Notes under the pieces: model-generated
Told to the model about the DNA's origin: nothing
The model's database searches: none
What the model saw: the letters and a program-made list of their open reading frames with translations, nothing else
Shown: positions 26,952-39,458 of the stretch, in pieces
Position numbering within the stretch: position 1 is the stretch's first letter
Layout: each line of letters starts with the position of its first letter
Made by a program: the position numbers and the translations under genes
Assembly: GCF_006345805.1 (NCBI RefSeq)
Contig: NC_043000.1
Coordinates: forward strand, 100,254,001-100,318,000
Direction of reading: 5' to 3'
Length of the DNA: 64,000 bases
DNA from: Octopus sinensis
Taxonomy: Eukaryota

Positions 26952-28192
26952 CTGTAACATGACATATTTGAAATTTTGCCATGATTTACTTTACCCTTCT
27001 TAACAATAACAACATCACCACCAGGAAACATTTAACATGAGAGAATATGATTTGATTGCTTGGATAACTGGGTAAGTGATATTGGTTAAGCTGCTTAATC
27101 TTTATTTCATTTAATGTATTACATGATGATCAGCAATCTGACACCATATGTAAATGTATTGTTGAAGTGCAATTCAAATTAACACTAGACAAATCCAATC
27201 CTTGCCAAAAAAAAAAAAGCATAAACAATAAATAAAAAAGAGAGCTAGTGCCAAAGTACTGAGGCCAGCCCTATACTGTGTACCCCCTCCCACTCCAACA
27301 CTGGGAGCCTCTTTCATTCATTTTTATCAATAACCTCCTCGAACTGAAAATGCAGTTGAAAAACTACCATTAACTTGCCAACAAGAAATCTCTTTTTCTG
27401 AATATGTGTATCACTGAACACATGTTACTGGGCAAAATCTGAAATATTTCATACCAAATCATGAGAAAGGCCATAACACAAGAGTCTTTTGCCTAGTGTC
27501 TTCCATACTTCTGTGTTCTGAGAGAAACCTTAGTTTTCATGTTTTTGGAATGTACAATTTTAGTGCACCAAGTATAGTGCCAAACCTGAATAGAAACCAC
27601 AATACATAGATTAAAACACAATTAAAACCCTTAAGGCTTACAAATATGTAAATGATCAAAATAAAACACTGCATGTACCCAAAGCTCACAAAGCTTCACT
27701 TGATAACGCAATGTCAATAAGGTAAAATAAGACTACTAAAAGTAATATTAATGAAAAAAAAAAAAGCATTGGAGGGACGATGCATACCATGCATGCAGAT
27801 AAATTTTTTTGCAAATTATCGTGAGGCTTACAATGTGTTGCTTACCAATACTTTTTAATTTAATTGAATTAAGTTTGCAAGTGTTTGACTAAAAGAGGAA
27901 GCCTAAGAAGATGACAACTAAAAGTAGACTTGATAAAATATTACATAGAATTTGAGAAGTGTTTTCAATGTCTTTCAATGAAGGCAGGTGAATTAAAGAT
28001 ACTGTAGGATATAAATAATATGACCACTTGCTTGTCAGGAAATTTGTAAGTTCAAGATTCTAAAATTTAAATTTTTTTTAAGTATCACCATTACAGGTAT
28101 TTATACTCTGGTGAAATTAAAAATCAACTCATAGAAGATGGAAACCCTTGAATCCATTACTGTACACACACAGTTGTACATCTATGTATGTA

Positions 28193-29483
28193 CGAGGGGT
28201 GTTCAATAAGTAATGCCCCTGACCCACTTCCCATAGCAGTAGAGCAACGAAACTTGGCACAGTTATTAGTCTTTTTCTACCTAGGAACCACCCAGAGTTA
28301 CGCATTTCTCCCATCGTTTGATGCGGCTCTGGAGACCGTTTTTGTAGAAGAACCCAGCTTGGTCCTCCAACCTCAACGTGACTTCAGAAATCAAGGCTGC
28401 ATCATCTGGGAAACGCTTTCCTTTCAAAAACACTTCATGATTGGGATGAGGTGAAAATCAGAGGGTGCAAGGTCAGGAAAGTAGGGGGGATGGGGAGGAG
28501 TTCATAGCCATACGCCTGTGCTTCTGATCTGGCGACAAGCGAGTTGTGGACCAGAGCGTTGTCCTGCAGGAGGAGGATGCCTTTGCTGATCTTGCCCCGC
28601 CTCTTGATTTTGATAACTTCTCTTAATTTCCTCAAAAGTGAAGCATAATAAGCTCCTGCAATTGTGGTACCCTTTGCCAGGAAATCTGTCATCACTACTC
28701 CGTCCTGGTCCCAGAAGACTGTGAGCATGACCTTGCCAGCGGAGGGCTGCACCCTTGCCTTCTTTGGAGGGGGGTGAGTCACGGTGCTTCCACTGCATTG
28801 ACTGGGCTTTGGTCTCTGGATCATCGTGATGGACTCAGGTTTCATCCTGTGTAATCAGTCTTTTGAAAAATTTTGACTCATCTTCTTGGCACATCTCCAA
28901 ATTCACCCTCGAGCACTCGACGCGTTCTTGCTTCTGGAAAGGCGTGAGCAACCTGGGAATCCATCTGGCAGACACATTTTGCATATGCAAATGGTCATGA
29001 ATGATAGTTTCCACAGACCCGGTACTAATCTTGACCTCATGGGCTATTTGGCGAATAATTATGCGTCGATCTTCCAAAATGGCAACCTCAACTTGACGGA
29101 CAGATGCCTCATCAATGGCAGAAGGGGGCGACCAGATCTGGGAGCTGTTTCCACAGAATTCCGACCATGTTTGAATTCACGATGCCAGCGTTTTACAAGG
29201 TCATATGATGGGGCATCATCACCATAAGTTACTTTGATTTCATCAAAAGTCTCCCGTGGTGTGTGTCCTTTCAAATACAAAAACCGGATCACTGCTCGAC
29301 ACTCAACAGGCTCCATTTCACACTTGACTCGGTTCAAACACCTGTAAATCAGAAACCACAATTAATTCAGAGCTGTAATTTGCCACTTACTCTATAGAGA
29401 TATAAATGATTGCATATGCAAAATTTCAGCTAGATGAAACAACTGCAAGTGGGTCAGAGGCATTACTTATTGAACGTCCCTCG
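28193..29483 (-). mobile_element. Full-length mariner transposon (irritans/Himar-like), frameshifted transposase
   Basis: TIRs cgaggggtgttcaataagtaatgcccctgacccactt and its near-reverse complement, TA on both sides, 1291 bp; motifs ARWIPRLL, ITQDET, KVMLTVFWD, LLQDNA. Confidence 0.95.
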
Positions 29484-29585
29484 TATCTACAAGAGCCTAT
29501 GTGCATAGGTACACCATGATCTATACACACACAGACAAGGGTTGATTCAAATGATACATATATATTATATATATATATATATATA

Positions 29586-30846
29586 CAGGGGTTGGACAAA
29601 ATAATGGAAACAGCTTGCATCATACAATCATAATTTTGAAATAGCTATAAAACCATCAAAAGCTTGTTTATTTTTTCTTTTTGATCTATTTTTAGTGTTG
29701 CATATGTTTTCCTAAAATTGCTGCTTCTTTTCAGATATCATCAGAAAAAGGTAATTAAAATTCATTAAAACAATAGATTTATCGGACTTTCAAAGAGATC
29801 AAATTGTTGGTGCTTGTATGGCAGGCACTAGCGTAATGAAAACAGCCAAAATGTTTGGTGTATCAAGAAGTCCTGTCTCAAAAGTAATGACATCCTTTGA
29901 GAAAGAGGGAAAAACCTCCTTGTCGAAACAAAACTCCAGAAGAAAACTAAAACTTTCAGATAGGGACCATCGGACTCTTACGCAAATTGTTGGAAAGGAT
30001 CACAAAAGCACAGCTTCCAAAATTACTGCTGAGCTTAATGACCACCTCGAGAACCCAGTTCCCACAAAAACTGTTCACCAGGAGCTCCACAAAACCAGGT
30101 TTCACGGGGGAATTGCAATCAGAAAACCACTACTTTCAAAAACAAACGTTGTAAAGCATTTAGAGTGGAGTAAAAACTTACAGAATTGATCTTTAGAGCA
30201 GTGGAAGAATGTTAATTTTCTCAGACGAGTCATCCTTTACCTTATTTCTGACCACCAGCTGACTATATGTGTGGAGACAGCCAAAAGAAGCATTTGACCC
30301 AGACAGTCTTCTTCCAACTGTTAAACATGGAGGAGGATCTGTGAAGATCTGGGAGAGTGTGTGTGTGGGGGGGGGGCTATATCTTGGAAATCCGCTGGCC
30401 CAATGGTTTCCCTTCATGGCAGAATTAATAGTCAAGACTAAGCATTTTATCAGATCAAATTCCTCCTGTGGTTGCAAAACTGTTTCTGGAGGGAAATATA
30501 ATCTTTCAGGATGACAATGCACAAATTCACACTGATAAAATTGTTACTGAATGGTACGAGGAACATTCTGGCCACCACAGTCCCCAGACATCAATATTAT
30601 TGAACATTTATGGTGCATTTTACAAAAACAAATAAGGATCGACATCCTCCACCATCATCACTATAACAACTAGAGACTGTTTTAGCTGAAGGATGGACAA
30701 AAGTTCCTTTGGAAACAATTCAAACTTTGTACAATTCTATACCTCACAGAATTCAAGCAGTAATTACTGCCAATGGCAGTACTACTCATATTAGAATAGA
30801 TTTATTTGAAATTTTAAGATGTTTCCATTATCTTGCCCAACCCCTG
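29586..30846 (+). mobile_element. Full-length defective Tc1-like transposon
   Basis: TIRs caggggttggacaaaataatggaaac / gtttccattatcttgcccaacccctg with TA flanks; ORF fragments with HTH, PTVKHGGGSV, FQDDNA and a WPPQSPDINII-like region. Confidence 0.92.
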
Positions 30847-30970
30847 TATATATATGTGTGTATGTGTATACTGTAGCATAATGGTAAGATCAACAAAAAA
30901 AGTACTCCATCTAGTGAGAGATAAATAGTATTTAATAGACATTAATACATGTTTTTATGTGCTTGTGATA

Positions 30971-31570
30971 CAGGGTGCAGTGAATAAACTGTTACCTAAA
31001 CTATGCAAAAGTGGAAATAACACTGACATCTCATTTTAACAAATATATTTACCAAAATTACATAAAAATATCTTGAAATATTGAAGAGCAATTTATTCAG
31101 TAAAATCACCATTGGCTTCAACTCCAGCCTCCAGACGATTTCTGAATCTACTGCAACTCTTCTGGATGGTCTCCTTGTTTAAGTTGGTGAATGCTGCCAT
31201 AATTTTTGCCTTCAGTTCATCTTTAGTGTTACACGAAATTTTGCTAGTCTCTCACTTAACTACACCCCACACATAATAATCAAGGGGGATGCAGTCTGGG
31301 AAGATGAATGGAGATATAATATTGCCATCACTTGTGATCACCCCAAAGACCATGAGGGGTTTGATTTTTATCAATCTCAGTACATGTCCTCAGATTAACA
31401 ACCAAACACTCTGAAATGTTCGTATTGGAACTTCTTGGGCGAATGCCAAGCAGTACAGCATATCATTTCCAAATTTCTGGCAGAGTGAATTAGGTCATGG
31501 TGCTGTTTTTCTCACAGAATGCCTAACTGATACTACTATACTGTGTAGTCAACAAAATCAAAAACAAGCA
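30971..31570 (-). mobile_element. Truncated, internally deleted Tc1/mariner (maT-like) copy
   Basis: Starts ta-cagggtgcagtgaat; collinear with 37650-38482. Confidence 0.8.
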
Positions 31571-31574
31571 ATGT

Positions 31575-32290
31575 GTACAGTTCTATATTTAAGAGATGAA
31601 GAATTATGTACATTATTTACAATTGACGGATATTTGTTCTCATCTTGTTTGTTGCTAACACGTTTTGACTGATATACCCACCTAGCCTTCATCAAGTGTC
31701 TTGGGGGAAATTTCAAACCTGGATTCTCATTCCTAAGGTATTTTTCGATGTTATTATTATTATTAAGGTCACTGTCTGGAATTGAACTTGGAAACTTGGG
31801 GTTAGTAGCCTGCGCTCTTAACCACTACATCATATGTCCGTGGGCAATTATGGAGTGAATTTTAGGGCTTATAAATCTAATATTTTCCTATCCTTCCTTA
31901 ATACCGGTTCCCATAAGCTATTCATATCTGCACTCGGTCTGCTTAGGAGGTTGTTGTGTCTTAGCATATGTGCTGCTTCTTTTAGATTTTGTATTTTCCA
32001 GTGGTGTTCTCTGTCTATTATTTTAACTTCATCCCACAAGGGGAGGTGGTCTCCATTTTCCCATACATGATCAGATATACCCGATTTATCAATATCTCCC
32101 TGTGTCATACCTTTGCAATATTTGTCTACCCTTATTTTGAGGAGGCAGCATGTTTCTCCTTTGTATAACCTACCACAGCTGCATGGGATGGAGTACACAC
32201 AGTTCTTAGTCATATTCTCTTCTATAGTCAGCCACTACTCACATATCTGAACTGGTGCTACAGCCACTCACACAAAAAAATGCTATTTTA
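31575..32290 (-). mobile_element. Penelope-like fragment (GIY-YIG endonuclease) plus an adjacent tRNA-like SINE head
   Basis: ORF 31869-32213, CVYSIPCSCGRLYKGET...SGISDHVW...KIIDRE..W...LKEA, is the typical Penelope GIY-YIG. Confidence 0.85.
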
Positions 32291-34763
32291 CATTCAAAAG
32301 GAAATCATTGAACTGACAACTGTTTGTAAAAAAATGAAGTTGTTTCCTCTTTGTGTTCCTGTTTTTCTAAATCCTTAATCTGCATATCTTCTCTCCATAG
32401 GTCTACCCAACACACCTGCTTCTCCTCCAGATTCCACACTAAACATTTTGCTGCCAAACTTTCCTTCCTCCGGAACTTTCTTCTGGCTCTAAGTTTTCCT
32501 ATAGACATCACCTACATATATACAAGCTGACTATCAACTGTTTCAACTTTGGTCTTGGAGAATCTACAAAAATTATAGACACTAACTAAGATATCAGCCA
32601 AAAGAACAGTATCATATTAGCTTAAAAAGCAGGGCTTTTTTTATTTGATAACATTTTTTTGCTTTTTCCTTTGTATAATCCTTTTGAAATCTACTTGCTT
32701 TAAGGTAGCTTCTAGCCTAATTCTAACAGAACTATCCATAATATAAAGAGTTGTACCTCAATTTAAAATCTTGTGGTTATGTCAATAATCACAAGAGATT
32801 TCAGGAGGTAAAAATTCTATCAATAAACAAACCAATCAATGAGAGAACTTTTATGTGGTCACTCTACTTGTTACATTTAGCAATCAAATCTACCTCACTA
32901 TATACCTTATTTTCTCTTACACATACACAGTGAATAAGATAGTTCTAGATGCACAATGTCAAAAGAAAACTGGCAGGTGAACATGATTGGAATACCTTTA
33001 TTAAAAAACTGCTTGATTAGTTAATTTGTTCAGTTACTCTAAAATTCTTTATTATTTTGACAATTGAAACATGAAGATAAGTCTGTTCTTGGATTAAGTT
33101 GTTAAAGACTGAATGGAGCTATTATCGAAAGTGTTCAAGTGATGTTGCATTTTGCTTTTCTAAGCACAGTGTATCTAAGACTTCACTACCCAAGGTGTCC
33201 TTTTTTTTTTTTTTTTTTTTTTGAGCCAGTAGTATGTGATTGAGAAATTTAGTTATTTGTTACAGCAAACATTGCAAACACATAGAGATTTTTCCTTGTT
33301 GGTTCAACTTAGATTTGTTATTTAGTAGCTAATACTTTTGTTAGCACAAATCTTGTCAGTAAATTTGTGAAAACATGATTTCATTAGGTAAACAATTGAG
33401 TTATTACTGTCTGCCATTATTTTATGTGGTATCTGAACTCTGCAAGATTTTGGAAATTTTTTTCCAATTTCTTTTTCCTACTTTAATTGTCGGAAACTTT
33501 TTTTTTTACAATGGACAAAAAATAGACACTTGTTTCATGTTGTGAAGTAGAAAGTTTGAATTCAAAGGATTTTTTGAAAGACAGGAAAATTTTGTAAAAT
33601 ATATAGTGAACTATATAAAATATATATGTGTGACTATGAATCAAATATCTCAATTTCAAAAAGTGAAATAAAACTGACAACAGTTCTGACACTAATAGGA
33701 AAAGAGAATTTGTACCCAAATGTAGTAAGTATTTGAAAATTGTTTCTCTTAGTTGTTTTTTGGAAGAGACTAGATTTAGCCACAATCTTTCCAAGGAAGC
33801 GAAACCATTAGATTATTTTTTTTTATTTATAATTTTCATATGTAATTTCAATTATATATTTCTTTTCTCAAATTTACCTTGTTTTTCTCTTCTTTTATCC
33901 ATAATTTTAATTTGCCTGTAAGGCGTGTAATAAATTTTGATTAATTTGTATAGTGGACCTTACTATGTTTCTGTGTATTACATTTTCTAATTTCCTTTAA
34001 AGATAAATTCCAATATTTTGTCCAATTTTACCTTTATGGTACACCTGTTCCATGTGCATTAAGTTCAACTGATAGATAATCCAGTTATATGTACAATTCT
34101 TTTAAATAAAATTCTGTAGTTTGCCCAACTGAAGACTAGTTAATAACCCATTTTCTATGCAGATGTTTAAACAAATTTATTTTAATTTTATATTTTGTTT
34201 AATATACCTGTCTTCACCTGTAATTAAATTAGTTTTGGAACAAAAATTATACAATAGTTTGTTAAACTATGTTCCAAAAACCAGATTAATATGTTGATAA
34301 ATAAAAAATTTAAAGTTGTTTTGAAACCAGTCTAAATTCATGATTGTTTTAGAATATAATTGAAACACATAAGGGGTGTATTTCTGTTAGAAATATATTA
34401 ACAAAAGGGTTAAGATACTAAAAAACTATTTTTAAGTCTAGCTTTCCCACAAACTGACAAACTCACTTTCTTTCAAAAAATATTACATGATTTTAATTGA
34501 AAATAAAATCACCAAGCTGAAAGATAAATTATTTTAAAGTTAAAAGTGTTTACAAACTAATCGTATGAAAATGAGATCTCAAGTACACAGAAAGAAATGA
34601 TTAATCTCAAAACCCATGTAAAATTTAATAAAATGAAAACACGTAATGCTTATTACTTCTAGACTTTAAAATGCTCAGTTTATGGAATACTGCTCCAACA
34701 TTTGATATGCTTTTTGCTTCTTCAACACAATAACATCCAACTGATTAGCAGGAAGTCACTCAC

Positions 34764-34870
34764 ACTATTTACAATTCCTTCCTTTTCATACCCATGTTTT
34801 TCCTGCAAACAAATTCCCAGTCGATCATAAACATCAACCACATCACTATCCCTTTTATTAGGCAAACTTA
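34764..34870 (-). CDS. Candidate exon, xSLPNKRDSDVVDVYDRLGICLQEKHGYEKEGIVNS
   Basis: Acceptor ttttctacaatttag, donor AGT|gtgagt, open frame of phase 1 to 0. Confidence 0.4.
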
Positions 34871-35130
34871 CTAAATTGTAGAAAATTATATTAAGAAATA
34901 TAATATTTATCATTATTCAGAACTGAATTGTAGACAGCAAGCTGGCAGAATCATTAGCACACCAGGGAAAATGTTTGGAACCATTTCATCTAAGTTCAAA
35001 TTCCACTGTAGTCAACTTTTCATCTTTTCAGGGTTGACAAAATAAATGTTGATGTAATTAACTTACCTCCTCCCCCAAACTTGCTGACCTCATACCAAAA
35101 TTTGAAACCATTATTTATAATTGAACTTAC

Positions 35131-35243
35131 TTTGGTGGAAAATGCATTCCTGAGATTTTACTTTCAAATTCATGGAGATAGTTTTCAAATAGATCAGAAG
35201 AAGTTTTTTTATTCTGAGCATATCATGCATCTGCTCCACAAAC
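35131..35243 (-). CDS. Candidate exon, FVEQMHDMLRIKKLLLIYLKTISMNLKVKSQECIFHQ
   Basis: Donor A|gtaagt; ends in phase 1, compatible with 34870; AAG acceptor is weak. Confidence 0.25.
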
Positions 35244-37649
35244 CTTTAATGTGGATTAGGAATATTGCCTTTTTCAGAGTAATATCTGCGTGTATAAATC
35301 AGATGTGCTAATTGTTGGTTTATTGTAAATAAAGTATGGAATTAAAGCACTAAGCAGTGATGTTCATAAATACAAACTTGTTACCATTTCAAATATGCTT
35401 CAGTCATATTCAAATCCATAAGACACTCACTATATTTTGTCATGGAGAAAACTTCTTGCTTTGTGTACGTATGTGTGTCAAGGTGAACTGGCAATCATTA
35501 AAATGTTAAACAAAATGCATGGCAGTATTTATGCTGGCACATTGGGCCCAAGTCCAGAATGTGCCATAGCCTGCTATGGAGAACTGAAATCTGTCACATG
35601 GCTTAGCCCCACTCTTTGGCACCATGAGAGGATTGTGCTATGTCAGAAACATTCAGGCCAAGGAGAAAGATGCACTCTGCTTACATCTTACTCCCTCAAA
35701 TCCATCAGTTTTTGATGACCTAAAAGCACACACAGAGATCATAGCAGAAGAGAATCGGCTGTCATAGGTGCTGAAATTCTCATATCATGTAATTTCATTC
35801 TACTGGAAATCATCAATGGGAAGCATTCAGTTACCATATGCCAGTCAAATCTAACTGCTACAATATTTAGAGTATCAACATCTTTACAAACACTAATGTC
35901 ACAAATAGCCAGCAGGCTTATTAAAAATTAATTATTAGCAATAGAAGCACTATTAATACCCAAAGGAAATCTGTATATCCTACTTAACAAGGGTGCTTCC
36001 ATCACTTATAATAAATTTCTAATAAGCCTTCTGGCTATTTGCAGTGGTGACAAGATGGTTCTGATGATGTAGAGAAAAAAATTTCTAACAGCAAGAACAT
36101 AGATACATTCGTTTTCATAATAAAATGCTTTACAAAGAGTGCATCAATCACTGAAATCAACAGATAGGCTTATCCATTGTGTGGTATGTTTCTAATTTGC
36201 CCTTGTTGAAAAAGCATAAATGTTCCTGCCAGATAAACAGGTTAGCCCACTAAACTTCTGAGCTAGAATGTTCACAAAAACTTTTCTTTCTTTGGACTGA
36301 AAAAAAAGTTTTAGTTCATTGTTACAAAACTGAAAGGGAGATAATAATTTCTCCCTTACCAATTACCTATCTTTTGCATGCATTATCAAGCCTTCATAAT
36401 GACAAGTAATAGCTTTATAAAACTGCTTGAAGAGCTATGTCTTTAGACGTGGGTACTAATTTTACAAAAGCAATCTTAATACAACCACATCTTATCAAAC
36501 TTCAGTTCTGCCTTTTATATTTTCAAATAATAAAACCTCTATAATAAAGCCTTTCAAATAAAGCCACTGTATTTTTTCTATGAAGCAAAACCTTTAATAT
36601 AGGCTAACATAAATGGAATTGAATGAAGTATATATAACACATGACAATCATGATGGTCATAATATTCTTCAGAATTTAGTAGAAAAATTGGACAAACATT
36701 GTTGTAATCCTGCATCAAAATGACCTGCAATTAAAGGCTTTCTATCATCATGCTCTCCTTCATAAAAATAAATCTGTTTGTGCCCCTCTCATCATACTTA
36801 AAACTCAGAATATCCCCCACCACATAGAGCTAACACTGTATGTTCTCTTTTCCTTCTCAGTCATGAAAGTTCTCTAGTCTTGTAAGTTACAAGGAAACAT
36901 CACTTGTGCTGGTGCCATGTAAGAAAAGCACTCCTAAATGGTTGACATTGGAAAAGGTATCCAGCCATAGAAACCATGTCAAAACTGAGGCACTAGAGCA
37001 ATATGTGGTCCATCAATCTACTGGATTTGAACCCATACCAGCATTGAAATCAGATGTAAAAATGATGATGATGATATACAGGTGCAGGAATAGCTGTGTA
37101 GTTATGAAGTTTGTTTTCCAACAATGTGGTTTTGGGTTCACTGCCGGGAACCTTGAAATGTTTTCTACTACAGCCCTAAGCCTTGTGAGTAATAGGTAGA
37201 TGGAACCTGGAAGATAACTATTGTATGTATGTGTGTTGTCTGTGTTTATGTTTACATCACACTAACAAAGTTGCAATGTAAAGATGCAATGTATTATCAG
37301 TTCTGCTGTCAACAAATTGTTTCCTTTCTGCTTTCAAAGAGGATGAAAGAAGAGTGGCAGATGGATAGAGGTGAATACAGTGAATGTTGAACAAAAGCAG
37401 AGGTATGGTCAATAATGAATATCAATTGAGGTGGGGACATAATACTAATGGGTCCAGGTGGTAACACTGAAGCATATGAGGGTGAGGGTGTGAAGCACAG
37501 TGCCAGGGACAAGGTCAGAGGTAGATATGGAGGGTGGTTCCATGCTGGCATGGGTTGGATCAATTTGACAAGATCTTATATGTCCAAGAACTGCAATGAA
37601 CTCCAATGCTGTGGCATAATTTTAAAGGCTAAAAGCATGCATATATATA

Positions 37650-38482
37650 CAGGGTGTGGTGAATATAGTCTCAATTACGCAAAACTGAAAATAATACTGA
37701 CATCTCGTTTTAACAGATATATTTACCAAAATTACATAAAAATATCTTGAAATACTAAAGAGTAAATTTATTCAATAAAACCACCATTGGCTTCAACCAC
37801 AGCCTCCAGATGACTTTGGAATCTCCTGCAACTCTTCTGGATGGTCTCCATGTTTAAGTTGGTGAATGCTACCCTAATCCTTACCATCAGTTCATCTTTG
37901 GTGTTACAAGGAGTTTTGTTGGTCTTTCGCTCAACTGTACCCCACACATAATAATCAAGGTGGGGTTGCAGTCAGGAGTGTTAGGTGGCCAGATGTTAGG
38001 GGTGATGTGGTCACTGTAATTGTCTGAAGGCCATGACTGGGTTCTACTTGGGTGGCATGTTGCCAAACATCCTCTTGACCCAGGACAGCACTACCTCCTC
38101 CAGGCACTTGATGTAGGCCTCCATGTTGAACCTAAGACCATGTGGGAAGATGAATGGAGGTATAATATTGCCATCACTAGTAATCACTCCAACACTATGA
38201 TGTTGACTGGACGTTTGATTTTCATCATTCTTGGTACGTGTTTTGGGGACACAGCAAGCCAAAAGTTGTCCTGTGTATTCACCATCTGTTCGCATCGGAG
38301 CTTCTGGCATGAATGCCAAGCAGTACAGCATGTCATTTCCACGTTTATGGCAGATTGAACTGTTTTTCTCACAGATGGTGCCCAACTGACCCTACCAAAC
38401 TGTGTAGTTGACAAAATAAAAAACAATGTGCATGCACGAAATTAAAAACATAAAATGGCAACAAATTACCCACTGCACCCTG
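37650..38482 (-). mobile_element. Internally deleted Tc1/mariner (maT-like) element
   Basis: Ends cagggtg.../...cactgcaccctg; transposase fragments including a WPPNTPDCNP-like region. Confidence 0.85.
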
Positions 38483-39359
38483 CATGTGTGTGTGTGTGTG
38501 CATGCGCACAGTGGTTGTATGGTTATGAAGTATGCTTCTCAACTACATGGTTTTAAGTTCAGTCTCACTGCATGGCAAATGACTTCTACTATAGAACTGG
38601 GTTGATCAAAGCCTTATGAGGAGATTTGGTATACAGAAACTGAAAGAAGCTCATCATGTTAATAAATGTGTGCATGAGTGTCTGTGAATGTAAGTGCATA
38701 TGCTTGTATCTCCTTGTTTTGACGACAGTGCAAATAGTTGTAAATGAGTGTCACTGTCATACAAGCAGTGTCATTTATTTCCAATATTCTATGGCAATAT
38801 CTGGTATGAGGAAATATTACCTTGTTCAGAAACAAATGAGAGTTGGCAACAGGAAAGGCATCTGACCGTAGAAAATCTGCCTCAATAAACTCATTGCAAT
38901 CCATGTAGACATAAAAATGATGATGATGATGTAGTGACTTGGTACTTTCTATAATATCACCAGCTATATGCTTCTCACTGACCTGCCTAATTTCGATGAC
39001 ATCAGTTCAAATGAAAGTTTTGTTATTTGAAGTGATACAAATCCATTATTGTATATTCAACTCATCAATAACTGATTTTCTGTCCTTTGGTTGTTGTTCA
39101 CCAATCACTGATCGACTTTTAGAGTATCTCTGTTTAGTCAACAGATATTTTGTCTATTAGAGAATGACAATGCTGTCTAACTAGATCCATGCCTCAAGCT
39201 CTCCCAACCTATCTTATTACCCCATTCCCTCTCTGTTTAGAGCAGCTGAAGAAGCAGGGTCCTAAGTCATGGGCAACCGGTGCTAGCAAGACTTTCTGAA
39301 TGGAACACCTAATGAAAAATTATCTTGAATTTATTAGTGCAGACCACCATATAATAAGC

Positions 39360-39426
39360 CAGTGGTTCCCAACCTGGGGTCTGAAAAGGTAGTACTGGGT
39401 GTCCATGGACTACATTCAAAATTTCA

Positions 39427-39458
<32 letters not shown>

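Noticed and set aside
27898-28068. 56-codon minus-strand open frame (NLELTNFLTSKWSYY...) after an aattttag acceptor
   Set aside because: No convincing phase-compatible donor; cannot be distinguished from a chance ORF.
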